From contig LEKP01000001.1 in assembly GCA_001443025.1 (NCBI GenBank), forward strand, positions 56 to 64,055: a stretch of DNA of 64,000 bases, read 5' to 3'. The notes under the pieces were generated by a model. That model had not been told where the DNA came from. It saw only the letters and a list, made by a program, of their open reading frames with translations, and did not search any database. The DNA is from Parcubacteria bacterium GBS-2. GTDB taxonomy: Bacteria > Patescibacteriota > Minisyncoccia > Minisyncoccales > GBS-2. A program made the position numbers and the translations under genes. Below are positions 15,136 through 24,764 of the stretch, piece after piece; position 1 is the first letter of the stretch, and each line of letters starts with the position of its first letter.

Positions 15136-15618
15136 TCAAAAAAGTCTAAGTAAATTTTTAATTTTCTTTTTCATTCTTTTATTTACTTCAATTGCGCAAA
15201 TTCCCTTTTTCGGAAAACCATAGACCACTAAAGAATTTTTTGGAGCTAGCAAAACCGCAGGAATTGCTAAAAGATCTTCCTCTCCCTCAATAAAGACATT
15301 TTTGTTTTCTTTGATTGCCTTTTTAATCGTTGACCAAGCCTCTTTTTGAATTGTTCCTCTTTGGTTTTTACATTTTAAAGAATATGGCAAAATTTTTTTG
15401 ATTTTCTTCCTTCTTACTTTTCCATCAAAGATTTTGATATTAGAAGGTAAATTTAGTGAGCAATAATCCCCAACCGTAATTACTTTCTTGAATTTTTTCT
15501 CTTTCAAAAATTTTTCAAATTTCTCTTTTGCTTTTCTTTTTTCCCCAAATATTGCCACTCCCCAAATTTTCCTTAATTCCTTTTTCAATTCCTCTGGCAA
15601 AATATAAGTTTTTTGCAT
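15136..15618 (-). CDS. DUF359 protein (archaeal-type GTP-dependent dephospho-CoA kinase family)
   Basis: MQKTYILPEELKKELRKIWG..., VITVGDYCSLNL...IFDGKVRRKK, EGEEDLLAIPAVLLAPKNSLVVYGFPKKG. Start at Met 15618 is preferred; the ORF track extends to 15762 across the divergent gene. Confidence 0.65.
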   Translation of the reverse strand: MQKTYILPEELKKELRKIWGVAIFGEKRKAKEKFEKFLKEKKFKKVITVGDYCSLNLPSNIKIFDGKVRRKKIKKILPYSLKCKNQRGTIQKEAWSTIKKAIKENKNVFIEGEEDLLAIPAVLLAPKNSLVVYGFPKKGICAIEVNKRMKKKIKNLLRLF

Positions 15619-15629
15619 ATCATTATTAT

Positions 15630-16652
15630 ATGGCATTTTTTCAATGTCCAAAATGTAAAAGAGTTTGGCAATATCCGATTGAGAAATGCCCGGAATGTTT
15701 TTTGGCTCTAGAAAGGATGAAAAGTAAAAAAGCAAAAGTAATTGGAGGGGGGAAAACAACAATTCCCTCTATTTTCCATCAAAAAGTTCCTTATTTTGTT
15801 TATGTTTTTGAAGATGAAAATAAAAACAGGTGGATTCACAAATCAGAAAGAGAATTGAAAGTTGGAGAGGAAATCGAAACAGAAAAGGCAAAAGATAAAA
15901 ATTCAGTTGCAATCTGGAGAGTGAAGCACGATTTTTTTGAAGCAATCGAGAAATTAACTGAAATTTTGAATGTCAAATTTAATAAATATTCAAAAATTTT
16001 AATTTTGCCTACCCTACTCAAAGATTCTCATTCTTATTTCAGAGACAACACCTCACCAGAATTTTTAGAGGTTGTGATTCAATTTTTAATGGAAAATGGG
16101 GTCGAACTCCAAAATATTAAAATTTGTTCGCAAAGTTTTGATGAAATTGAGATTGAGAAAAAGGCAAGCAAATCTGGGATTTTGGAGGTGTGCCAAAGAC
16201 AAAAAATAATACCTTTTGATTTAGCAAAGGGAAATTTTATTAAAAAGGGAGATTTGGAGATTTCAGAAGAAGCTTTTAAGGTAGATTTAATTTTGAATTT
16301 GCCAATTTTAAAAATTGGGAAAGCAAGTTCTTGCGAAAATCTATTTTTTCTTTTGAAAAAAGAAAATTATTTGGCTCAAAAATATCTTTATTCAGATAAC
16401 GAGATTTTTGAAAAATTGAAAGAAAAACTGCCAGAAGTTTTGACAATCGCTGAAGTAAACCGAGTTCAAGACAAAAGTGGCATCGTTCATTATTTGAATT
16501 TGGCCATGGCATCTTTTAATCCCAAAAATTTAGATAGAGCATTTTGCGAAATAATAAAAGAAAGAGAATTGCCAGAGATAATAAAAGAAGTTAAAATTGA
16601 AAGTATAGAAATTTTGGGAAGAAAAATTGGCGAAATCGAATTTTATTTGTAA
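15630..16652 (+). CDS. DUF35 (zinc-ribbon plus OB fold) fused to a DUF362-like domain
   Basis: N-terminus MAFFQCPKCKRVWQYPIEKCPEC...VPYFVYVFEDENKNRWIHKS (DUF35 pattern). The remainder, ILILPTLLKDSHSYFRDNTSPEFLEVVIQFLMENGV...LILNLPILKIGK, resembles DUF362. Met 15630 is preferred over the ORF-track start 15528. Confidence 0.55.
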   Translation: MAFFQCPKCKRVWQYPIEKCPECFLALERMKSKKAKVIGGGKTTIPSIFHQKVPYFVYVFEDENKNRWIHKSERELKVGEEIETEKAKDKNSVAIWRVKHDFFEAIEKLTEILNVKFNKYSKILILPTLLKDSHSYFRDNTSPEFLEVVIQFLMENGVELQNIKICSQSFDEIEIEKKASKSGILEVCQRQKIIPFDLAKGNFIKKGDLEISEEAFKVDLILNLPILKIGKASSCENLFFLLKKENYLAQKYLYSDNEIFEKLKEKLPEVLTIAEVNRVQDKSGIVHYLNLAMASFNPKNLDRAFCEIIKERELPEIIKEVKIESIEILGRKIGEIEFYL

Positions 16653-16654
16653 AC

Positions 16655-17236
16655 ATGGAAAAAAATTTAACATTGATTGAGGCAATATTACCAAAGATTG
16701 AGAACAAAACCATAAGCTTAATCAAAGATGCATTTTTTGTTTTGAGTTTTGCTATTTTAACTGGAATTTGCGCAAAATTGAAAATTGAAATAGGTCCTGT
16801 CCCAATAACAATGCAAACTTTTGCTGTTTTGTTGAGCGGAGCTTTGCTTGGTTCAAAAAAAGGGGCTTTGGCTCAATTAACTTATCTTTTATTAGGATTG
16901 CTGGGTCTTCCTTGGTTTGCTCGAGGTGGGGGAATGGCTTATATTTTTTCTCCAACTTTTGGTTATATTGTTGGCTTTGTCTTGGCTGCCTATTTGGTTG
17001 GCTGGCTTTGTGAGAAAGGATTTGATAGAGAGATAAAGAAAGCAATTTTGGCAATGTTAGCTGGGAATATTGTCATTTACATTCCTGGACTTTTATGGTT
17101 AGCAAATTTTGTGGGATTTGGCAAGGTCTTGAAAATCGGACTTTATCCTTTCATTTTTGGCGAGCTCTTGAAAATATTTTTGGCAAGTTCTATTTTGCCA
17201 ATTAGTTGGAGGTTAGTGAAGAAATTTAGACAATGA
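16655..17236 (+). CDS. bioY: BioY biotin transporter S-component
   Basis: PVPITMQTFAVLLSGALLGSKKGALAQLTYLLLGLLGLPWFARGGG...PTFGYIVGF. Confidence 0.85.
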   Translation: MEKNLTLIEAILPKIENKTISLIKDAFFVLSFAILTGICAKLKIEIGPVPITMQTFAVLLSGALLGSKKGALAQLTYLLLGLLGLPWFARGGGMAYIFSPTFGYIVGFVLAAYLVGWLCEKGFDREIKKAILAMLAGNIVIYIPGLLWLANFVGFGKVLKIGLYPFIFGELLKIFLASSILPISWRLVKKFRQ

Positions 17237-17243
17237 AACTTTT

Positions 17244-17606
17244 ATGGTTAAAACTTTTGTCGATCTTTTAATCGAGGGAAAGAAGAGGAAAGAGAAATAT
17301 TTTAAAAATTACAAGTTTTACTGCCAAGAAATCAAAAAAGAGGCAAAAAAAATTTTGGGCGAAAATGTGAAAGTTTTAGTTTTTGGCTCTCTTGTTAAGA
17401 GAAATTGGACTCTTCAAAGCGATATTGATGTTTTAATAATTTCTGATAATTTGCCAGAAGATTTTGAAGAAAGAGGAAAGATTAGGACAAAGATTAAATC
17501 AAAAATTGACCCCTTTTCTCCTTTTCAATTGCATTTGGTGACAAAAGAAGAATTTGAAAAATGGTACAAAAATTTCATAAAAAAAGATTTTTTGGAGATA
17601 AAATAA
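17244..17606 (+). CDS. Minimal nucleotidyltransferase (MNT-type) domain protein
   Basis: VLVFGSLVKRNWTLQSDIDVLIISD (GS...DxD motif). No HEPN partner seen adjacent. Confidence 0.7.
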   Translation: MVKTFVDLLIEGKKRKEKYFKNYKFYCQEIKKEAKKILGENVKVLVFGSLVKRNWTLQSDIDVLIISDNLPEDFEERGKIRTKIKSKIDPFSPFQLHLVTKEEFEKWYKNFIKKDFLEIK

Positions 17607-17607
17607 A

Positions 17608-18228
17608 ATGGAAAAATTTTCAAAAAAATCCGCAATAAAATTTGGATGGGAGATTGCAAACAGAAAAATTAAATTTTTTATTCCCTTGTTGATTTTAGTT
17701 TATGGTTTGCCCGCTCTTTTGAACTCTTTTTCTGACTCCTTGAAGAAAGAAAGTTTTTTAGCAAGTTTTATTTTAAACATAATCTCAAGTCTAATCTCGA
17801 TAATTTTTGGCTTGGGATTAATTAAAATTTCTCTTAAGCTTTGCGATGGAGAGGAAGCAAAATTTTCTGATTTGATTTCTCAATACAAACTTTTCTTTAG
17901 GTATCTTTTTGCCTCATTTCTTTATGGTTTAATAACTTTTTTAGGATTCATCTTATTGATTGTTCCTGGAATCATTCTTTCAATAAGGCTTGGCTTTTTT
18001 GACTATTTAATCGTCGACAAAAACTCAAGAATTATTGAGTCTTTAAAAAGAAGTTGGGAAATTACAAAAGGCAATGCCTGGAATTTATTTTTACTTTATC
18101 TTTTGTTTGCTATAATAAATATTTCGGGAGCATTCGCTTTAATAGTTGGGCTTTTTTGGTCAATTCCCACTACAATGCTTGCGGAAGCCTTTGTTTACCG
18201 AAAATTATCGAGTCAATTAAAGGTCTAA
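17608..18228 (+). CDS. Multi-pass membrane protein (DUF975-like)
   Basis: 206 aa with 4-5 hydrophobic segments. Weak resemblance only. Confidence 0.3.
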   Translation: MEKFSKKSAIKFGWEIANRKIKFFIPLLILVYGLPALLNSFSDSLKKESFLASFILNIISSLISIIFGLGLIKISLKLCDGEEAKFSDLISQYKLFFRYLFASFLYGLITFLGFILLIVPGIILSIRLGFFDYLIVDKNSRIIESLKRSWEITKGNAWNLFLLYLLFAIINISGAFALIVGLFWSIPTTMLAEAFVYRKLSSQLKV

Positions 18229-18243
18229 AAATTAAATAAAATT

Positions 18244-18984
18244 ATGTTCAAAGATAAAGTTGTTTTAATTACAGGTTCTGCTCAAGGAATTGGGGAAGCG
18301 ATTGCTTTGAGATTTGCAAAGGGAGGAGCAAAAATTGCCTTGAATGATATTGAAGCACAAAAGGAGAATTTGGAAAAAGTGAAAAAAGAAATTGAGGAAT
18401 TGGGGAGTGAAGCAAAATATTATTTTGCTGATGTTTCAAAATATGAAGAAGTAGAAAGAATGATAAAAGAAATTGAAAAAGATTTTGGAAGATTAGATGT
18501 TTTAGTGAACAATGCAGGAATTATTAAAGATAGGACTTTAGCAAAAATGACTCCAGAAGAATGGAAAGCAGTGATCGATGTTAATTTAACCGGAGTTTTC
18601 AATTGTACAAAGGCAGCCTTGCCTTTAGTTATTGCCAATCAAGGAAACATAATTTCAATTTCTTCGATCGTTGGGGAGAGAGGAAATTTTGGACAAACAA
18701 ATTATGCAGCAGCAAAAGCAGGGATTATTGGATTTACAAAGAGTTTGGCAAAAGAACTTGGAAAATTTGGAGTAAGGGTAAATGCAATAGCCCCTGGATT
18801 TATTGAGACGAAAATGGTAGAATCTGTACCAGAAAACATTAAGGTCTTAGTAAGACAGTTAACTGCCTTGGGAAGATTTGGCAAACCAGAAGAGGTAGCA
18901 AACTTGGTTTATTTTTTGGCATCGGAAGAAGCTTCCTTTATTACTGGAACAGTCATTAATATTGATGGGGGGTTATCCATCTAG
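18244..18984 (+). CDS. fabG: 3-oxoacyl-[ACP]/acyl-CoA reductase (SDR, FabG-like)
   Basis: TGSAQGIG, NNAG, catalytic YAAAKAG, PGFIET. Confidence 0.85.
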   Translation: MFKDKVVLITGSAQGIGEAIALRFAKGGAKIALNDIEAQKENLEKVKKEIEELGSEAKYYFADVSKYEEVERMIKEIEKDFGRLDVLVNNAGIIKDRTLAKMTPEEWKAVIDVNLTGVFNCTKAALPLVIANQGNIISISSIVGERGNFGQTNYAAAKAGIIGFTKSLAKELGKFGVRVNAIAPGFIETKMVESVPENIKVLVRQLTALGRFGKPEEVANLVYFLASEEASFITGTVINIDGGLSI

Positions 18985-18991
18985 TAAACCT

Positions 18992-20107
18992 ATGAAAAAA
19001 TCTCTAGGCGACCTCTTTCTTCGAGAAAAAACTTTAAAAGAGCGAGGAGAAAAAGTTTTAGGCTTTACCCTTACTTCGCCAGCCTTTCCTCCACCACCGA
19101 TAAGGGAAAAAATTTTAAATTTTTATAAATTCTCTTTTTCTTATTCTCCAGCTGGTGGTGACCTTGGGCTAAGGGAGGTTTTAGCCAACTTCTATTCAAA
19201 GAAATGGCAGGTTGATTTAAAAAAAGAGAACGTTTTTGTGGGCAATGGAGGAAAAGAAGTCCTTTTTATCTTGCTTCAGGTTCTTTTAAAAAAGAAAGGG
19301 GAAGTTATTTTATTTTCTCCCTATTGGCCATCTTATGTCGGAATGGTAAAAATGGCTGGCGGAAAATTAAAAATTCTAAAAACTTCAGAAAAACACGGAT
19401 TTTATCCTGACCTCAAAGAATTGAAAAAAAAGATTTCCTCAAAAACAAGAGCACTAATTTTAAATTCGCCTTGTAATCCAACTGGAAGAATCCTTCGCCA
19501 AAAGGAAGTTGAGTATTTAGCTGATCTTTCTCAAAAGAGAAATTTCATTTTAATCTCTGATGAGGTTTATGAAATTTACGATTTTGAAAATCTTTATTGC
19601 TCTTTCTTAAAATTTTTTCACAAGAATATTTTTTGCGTTTTTTCCGCGTCTAAAATTTTTTCCCTCTGCGGTTGGAGATTGGGTTGGGGATTTGGAGATG
19701 AAAAACTTATTGAGGAAATGAAAAGCTACCAGAACGACCTTTCTACTTCTCCTCATACCCTTTCTCAGATTTTAATGAGAGAAATTTTTAGGGAAGAGAA
19801 AAAAGTTTTGAGATATTTTTCAAAAAATAAAAAATTAGCCCAAGAAAGAAGAGATTTTGTAATTAATTTTTTAAAAGAAAGAAAGATTGATTTTATTTTT
19901 CCTGAAGGAGGAATTGCCATTTTTATTAAAATCCCTTCCAAATTTAAAAATGCCTTTTCTTTCTCCGAAACGCTTTTAGAAAAAGAAAAAGTGTCGGTTG
20001 CTCCGGGGGAGATTTTTGGTCACAAAAAGTACTTTCGGATGAATTTAGCTTTACCTTTTGAAGATTTAAAAGAAGGATTAAAGAGGATTGCTAGGTACTA
20101 CTCCTGA
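18992..20107 (+). CDS. Class I/II pyridoxal-phosphate aminotransferase
   Basis: NSPCNPTG, SDEVYE, SASKIFSLCGWRLGWG (PLP-lysine motif). Met 18992, after the fabG stop, is preferred. Confidence 0.75.
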   Translation: MKKSLGDLFLREKTLKERGEKVLGFTLTSPAFPPPPIREKILNFYKFSFSYSPAGGDLGLREVLANFYSKKWQVDLKKENVFVGNGGKEVLFILLQVLLKKKGEVILFSPYWPSYVGMVKMAGGKLKILKTSEKHGFYPDLKELKKKISSKTRALILNSPCNPTGRILRQKEVEYLADLSQKRNFILISDEVYEIYDFENLYCSFLKFFHKNIFCVFSASKIFSLCGWRLGWGFGDEKLIEEMKSYQNDLSTSPHTLSQILMREIFREEKKVLRYFSKNKKLAQERRDFVINFLKERKIDFIFPEGGIAIFIKIPSKFKNAFSFSETLLEKEKVSVAPGEIFGHKKYFRMNLALPFEDLKEGLKRIARYYS

Positions 20108-20120
20108 ATAGGAGTAATAG

Positions 20121-21203
20121 ATGGTAACTCTTCAACCTAAAAATATTTCAAAATATCTTAAAAGGCTAAGACTTCAAATCGATCAGAGGATCAGTAGATA
20201 TTTGCCAAGAAGAATTAACAAAGAATGGGCGAAGGAATTTTTTGGAAAAGGAGATTATTCATTGAGAGCAATTCAAAAGGCAGTTTTGGATCCGATTTGG
20301 AACTTTTTGGACAGAGGAGGAAAGAGATGGAGACCTGCATTGTTTTTGTTGATTTTGGAAGCATTAGGTAAAGATCCAAAGAAATTCTTTGATTTTGCTA
20401 CAATTCCTGAAATTTTGCATGAGGGAACATTGGTAATCGATGATATTCAAGACCAAGGAGAATTAAGAAGAGGGAAACCTTGTTTGCATAAAATTTTTGG
20501 AGTAGATATTGCCTTAAATGCTGGAAATTTTTTGTATTTTTTTCCAATTTACATTTTTAAAAAGAATAAAAAGAAACTTGAAAAAGAAGTTTATTTGAGA
20601 GCGTTGGAAACTTATCTTGAAGAAATGAAAAATTTGCACCTTGGTCAAGGAACTGATATTTTTTGGCACAAAGGAAAACAAAAGGAAATTTCAGAAAAAG
20701 AATACTTTCAAATGTGCGCTTTCAAAACAGGATGCATGGCAAGATTGGCAGCAAAATTAGCAGGAATTCTTGCTAAAAAAGATCAGAAAATTGTAGAAGA
20801 AATTGGAAATTTTGCTCAAAACATTGGAATTGCTTTCCAAATTCAAGATGATATTTTGGACATAGAATTAACAGGAAAAGAGAGAGAAAAATTTGGAAAA
20901 TCTTTTGGAAACGACATTAAAGAAGGAAAAAGAAGTTTGATGGTAATTTATGCTTTGAAAAAAGCGAGTAAAAAAGATAGGGAAAGGTTAATTAGAATTT
21001 TGGATAAAAAGGGAAAAACTAAAAAGGAAATTTTGGAAGCAATTTCCATTCTCAAAAAGTGTGGTTCAATAGAATATGCGAAAGAGAAAGCAAGGGAGAT
21101 TGTGAGAGAAAGTTGGGAAAAGGTTGATAAAATTTTTCTTAAAGGAAAACCAAAGGAAAGGTTGAAGGAATTGATTGAATTTTTAATTGAAAGAAAATTA
21201 TGA
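20121..21203 (+). CDS. trans-Polyprenyl diphosphate synthase (GGPP-synthase-like)
   Basis: First Asp-rich motif LVIDDIQD...RRGKP, second FQIQDDILD, GKSFGNDIKEGK. Confidence 0.85.
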   Translation: MVTLQPKNISKYLKRLRLQIDQRISRYLPRRINKEWAKEFFGKGDYSLRAIQKAVLDPIWNFLDRGGKRWRPALFLLILEALGKDPKKFFDFATIPEILHEGTLVIDDIQDQGELRRGKPCLHKIFGVDIALNAGNFLYFFPIYIFKKNKKKLEKEVYLRALETYLEEMKNLHLGQGTDIFWHKGKQKEISEKEYFQMCAFKTGCMARLAAKLAGILAKKDQKIVEEIGNFAQNIGIAFQIQDDILDIELTGKEREKFGKSFGNDIKEGKRSLMVIYALKKASKKDRERLIRILDKKGKTKKEILEAISILKKCGSIEYAKEKAREIVRESWEKVDKIFLKGKPKERLKELIEFLIERKL

Positions 21204-21679
21204 TTTTGAACAAAGAAGAAATCAAAAAAATCATTCCCTACCAAGAGCCGTTTTTGTTTGTCGATGGAGTTGAAGAAATAAAAGAAAACGAAATTTTTGG
21301 CTTTTATCAAACTTCAAGAGAAGATTATTACTTTAAAGGACATTTTGTTGATTTCAAAATTATGCCTGGGGTTTTAATCGTTGAAGCAATGGCACAATTA
21401 TCTACAATTTTGTTGAGAAAAAAAATCGGTGAAAATCATAAAGATTATCATTTTTTGGCTTACGATGTAAAGTCATGTCAGTTCTTCAAACCAATTTTTC
21501 CAGGAGATAGAATCGATATGGAGGCAGAGATTTTGGCAATTTATCCAATTCCTGATTCTGATATGAAAATTGCTAGAATAAAATCTCAAGCCTTTGTTAA
21601 AAATGACTTAAAAGTCGAGGCGAGGTTTTCAGTTGTTATTATTAAAAAGGAGGATTTCGCTAAAAAATATGGAATTTGA
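21200..21679 (+). CDS. fabZ: 3-hydroxyacyl-[ACP] dehydratase FabZ-like (hotdog fold)
   Basis: IPYQEPFLFVDGV...YFKGHFVDFKIMPGVLIVEAMAQ. Confidence 0.8.
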   Translation: MILNKEEIKKIIPYQEPFLFVDGVEEIKENEIFGFYQTSREDYYFKGHFVDFKIMPGVLIVEAMAQLSTILLRKKIGENHKDYHFLAYDVKSCQFFKPIFPGDRIDMEAEILAIYPIPDSDMKIARIKSQAFVKNDLKVEARFSVVIIKKEDFAKKYGI

Positions 21680-22580
21680 AAAAAACAGAGTTTGTCAACT
21701 TTTAGGAATTAAATATCCAATAATTCAAGGGGGAATGGCAGGGATTTCTGAGTCGAATTTGGTTTCTGCTGTATCTAATGCTGGAGGTTTGGGAGTGATT
21801 GGCTCTGGATTGATGCCCCCTTCTTGGTTAGAAAGAGAGATTAAGTTGACAAGAGAGAAAACAAAGAACCCCTTTGGAGTGAATTTGTTCATGCAAAACC
21901 CAAAAGTTGAAGATTTGGTTAGAGTTTTAATTAAAGAGAAACCTCCAGTTGTTTTTACAGGAGGCGGAAATCCATTACCAGTTTTTCCTTACTTGAAAAT
22001 GGTGGGAATAAAAATAATTCCAGTGGTTCCTTCCCCAAGATTAGCAAAGAAAATGGAAGAAAACGGAGCAGACGCTGTCGTCGTTTCTGGATGGGAGGCA
22101 GGAGGACATGTCGGAAAGAATACTTTGTTTTCTCTTTTGATTGAAACTAAAAAAATTGTAAAAATTCCAGTAATTGCTGCAGGAGGAATTTACGATGGAA
22201 AAACCGCAAGGGCAGCATTTTTGTTAGGGGCAGAAGGAATTCAAATGGGAACTAGATTTTTAGCCTCAAAAGAGTGTATTGCATCCGAAGCTTACAAGAA
22301 AAAAATTGTTGAAGCGACAATGGATGATGTTGAAGTTGTTTTGTGGAATACAGGTCATCCAATAAGAGTAATAAAGAATAATTGGTCAGAAAAGGTTAAA
22401 AAAATTGAAGACAAAATTTTTCCAGAAGAAATCAAAGCAGAGAAAATTGCAGGATCTCTTGGAGGCCAAAAAGTTGATGATATTCCTCTTTTGGCAGGAC
22501 TTTCTGTAGCTGGTATTTTTGAAATAAAAACTTGCAAAGAAATTATTGAAGAAATTGTTAAAGAGCTTTCTGAATTATGA
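21669..22580 (+). CDS. fabK: Enoyl-[ACP] reductase II (FabK) / nitronate monooxygenase family
   Basis: LGIKYPIIQGGMAGIS, VVVSGWEAGGHVG, PVIAAGGIYDG, GAEGIQMGTRF. Met 21669 is preferred. Confidence 0.65.
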   Translation: MEFEKNRVCQLLGIKYPIIQGGMAGISESNLVSAVSNAGGLGVIGSGLMPPSWLEREIKLTREKTKNPFGVNLFMQNPKVEDLVRVLIKEKPPVVFTGGGNPLPVFPYLKMVGIKIIPVVPSPRLAKKMEENGADAVVVSGWEAGGHVGKNTLFSLLIETKKIVKIPVIAAGGIYDGKTARAAFLLGAEGIQMGTRFLASKECIASEAYKKKIVEATMDDVEVVLWNTGHPIRVIKNNWSEKVKKIEDKIFPEEIKAEKIAGSLGGQKVDDIPLLAGLSVAGIFEIKTCKEIIEEIVKELSEL

Positions 22581-23239
22581 ACAAATTATTAAGTTGGTTT
22601 TGCTACATTTTCTTAAAACCAATTGTTAAATTAATCTGGATAAAAGAAATTAGAGGGCTTGAGAACATCCCAAAGTCAAATTTCATCTTAGCAGCAAATC
22701 ATCAAAGCCATTGGGACCAAGTAATTACTGGATATTTGTGCGTTCCGAGAAGCTTTACTTATCTAGGACAGATTGATAAATACTCAGGATTTGGCGCTTT
22801 TTTAAGAGATTTTCTTTATTTTATTGCGGGAGTAATTCCAGTTCATAGGTATGACGAAGAATCGAAAAAGAGAGCGATTAAAAAATGTATAGAAAGGTTA
22901 AAAAAAGGAGAAATTTTGATTATGTATCCTGAAGGGACGAGGTCAAAAGATGGGAAGATCCACGAAGGAAAACCAGGGATCGCAAAAATTTATCTTGAAA
23001 CTGGAATTCCGATTTTACCAGTGGCAATCAAAGGAAACTTTGAAATAATGCCAGTTGGAAAACCTTTTCCAAAATTTAAAAAAATTGTCAAAATCAATGT
23101 CGGAAAACCTTTAGAATTTAAAAAAGAACTTGAAATTGGAAGGAATTTAAACTGTCAGTCTCCAGAATATAAAGAAATTTGCCAAAAAATTATCCAAAAG
23201 GTAATGGGAGAAATAAAAAATCTTTTCGACCAATTGTGA
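22577..23239 (+). CDS. plsC: 1-acyl-sn-glycerol-3-phosphate acyltransferase (PlsC family)
   Basis: AANHQSHWD (HX4D), MYPEGTRS, PILPVAI. Confidence 0.85.
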   Translation: MNKLLSWFCYIFLKPIVKLIWIKEIRGLENIPKSNFILAANHQSHWDQVITGYLCVPRSFTYLGQIDKYSGFGAFLRDFLYFIAGVIPVHRYDEESKKRAIKKCIERLKKGEILIMYPEGTRSKDGKIHEGKPGIAKIYLETGIPILPVAIKGNFEIMPVGKPFPKFKKIVKINVGKPLEFKKELEIGRNLNCQSPEYKEICQKIIQKVMGEIKNLFDQL

Positions 23240-24762
23240 TTAAAAAAATTTTAATTGCCAACAGAGGAGAAGTTGCTTTAAGGATTATTAGAACTTGTAA
23301 AGAAATGGGAATTAAAACAGTAGCTCTTTGTCCTGAAAAAGGACAAGAATCAAATTTCATCGAAACATCTTTAGCAGATGAATTTTATTATCTAGAAAGA
23401 GAAGGGGCAAAAGGATACTTGGATATTAAAAGAATTTTAGAAATTGCAAAAAAAGCAAATGTTGATGCCATCCATCCAGGTTATGGTTTTTTGGCAGAAA
23501 ATTGGCTTTTTGCAAAGCTTTGCGAAAAAAACAAAATAAAATTTATAGGACCTCATTATTCAATCTTAAAAAAATTGGAAGACAAAGTTGAAACAAAAAA
23601 ACTGGCAAGGAAAATTGGAATTCCAATTTTGCCAATGAGCGAAGAATCGATAAATTCACTTAAAGATCTCAAAAAATGGATTTTCAAAATCAGGCCCCCT
23701 TTTGTTTTAAAAGCTAGAAAAGGGGGAGGGGGAATTGGAATCAGGGCGATCAACGGAGAAATATCTGTCGGAGAAATTTTCACGATTGCTTTGGGAATTA
23801 GAAGACAAATGTCAATGGCATTTTCAGATACTGAATTTTTCCTTGAAAAATATTTACCAGATACAAGACACATTGAATTTCAAGTTCTAGCGGACGGAGA
23901 AAACTTTTTACACTTGGGAGAAAGAGAATGTACAATTCAAAGAAGATTTCAAAAAATTTTAGAAGAATCCCCATCTCCGTTTTTAGATGAAGACACAAGA
24001 AAAAAAATAGGAGAATGTGCGGTGAGGTTGGCCAGGTTTTTAAAATACAGTACAGTAGGAACAGTTGAATTCCTAGTTGATAAGGACAAAAACTTTTACT
24101 TGATGGAAGTGAACCCTAGATTGCAGGTTGAACATCCGGTGACTGAAGCTAGGACGAAAATCGATCTGGTTGAAATGCAGATTAGAATTTCTCAAGGTGA
24201 AAAAATAAAATTTTCCCAAGATGATGTTTTTTTTGAGGGATGGGCAATCGAAGCAAGAGTTTGTGCTGAAGATCCTTATCAGAATTTTAAGCCTGTGACT
24301 GGAAAAATTGAGAAGTATTTACCCCCCGGAGGACAAGGAATTTTTGTTCATACCTTTTTACATGAAGGTCAAGAGATTTTGCCTTATTTCGATTCTCTTT
24401 TGATGAAATTAATTGCCTTTGGGAAAGACAGAAGAGAGGCGATTTTGAGATTAAAAAGAGCAATTGGAGAAACGATTATTGAAGGAGTGAAAACCAATAT
24501 TCCGTTTTTAAAAGTCTTGTTAGAAGAAAAAGACTTTTTAGCCGGAGATTTTGACACCGAATTTATTGAAAAAAAGAAGTTATTAGAAAAACTTAAAAAA
24601 ATTCCTATACCAAAATCTATTCTGCCAGAAAAAGAAAAAATCACGGAAAAAGAAATTGCAGAGATTGTTTTTAAGATTTATCAAGCCTTAAAAGAAAACA
24701 AACCAGAGAAAGAGGAAATTTCAAAATGGCAGCTTTTAGAAAGGCTAAAGATGTTTGAATAA
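23236..24762 (+). CDS. accC: Biotin carboxylase (AccC-type ATP-grasp)
   Basis: KKILIANRGEVALRIIRTCKEMGI, HPGYGFLAEN, MEVNPRLQVEHPVTE. Probable GTG start 23236 overlaps the plsC TGA (GTGA). Carries a C-terminal extension of about 60 aa. Confidence 0.85.
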   Translation: MIKKILIANRGEVALRIIRTCKEMGIKTVALCPEKGQESNFIETSLADEFYYLEREGAKGYLDIKRILEIAKKANVDAIHPGYGFLAENWLFAKLCEKNKIKFIGPHYSILKKLEDKVETKKLARKIGIPILPMSEESINSLKDLKKWIFKIRPPFVLKARKGGGGIGIRAINGEISVGEIFTIALGIRRQMSMAFSDTEFFLEKYLPDTRHIEFQVLADGENFLHLGERECTIQRRFQKILEESPSPFLDEDTRKKIGECAVRLARFLKYSTVGTVEFLVDKDKNFYLMEVNPRLQVEHPVTEARTKIDLVEMQIRISQGEKIKFSQDDVFFEGWAIEARVCAEDPYQNFKPVTGKIEKYLPPGGQGIFVHTFLHEGQEILPYFDSLLMKLIAFGKDRREAILRLKRAIGETIIEGVKTNIPFLKVLLEEKDFLAGDFDTEFIEKKKLLEKLKKIPIPKSILPEKEKITEKEIAEIVFKIYQALKENKPEKEEISKWQLLERLKMFE

Positions 24763-24764
24763 AA

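Noticed and set aside
17244-18228. MNT nucleotidyltransferase as half of a HEPN-MNT toxin-antitoxin pair
   Set aside because: The adjacent ORF (17608..18228) is a multi-pass membrane protein without the HEPN R(x)4-6H motif. No pair can be supported.
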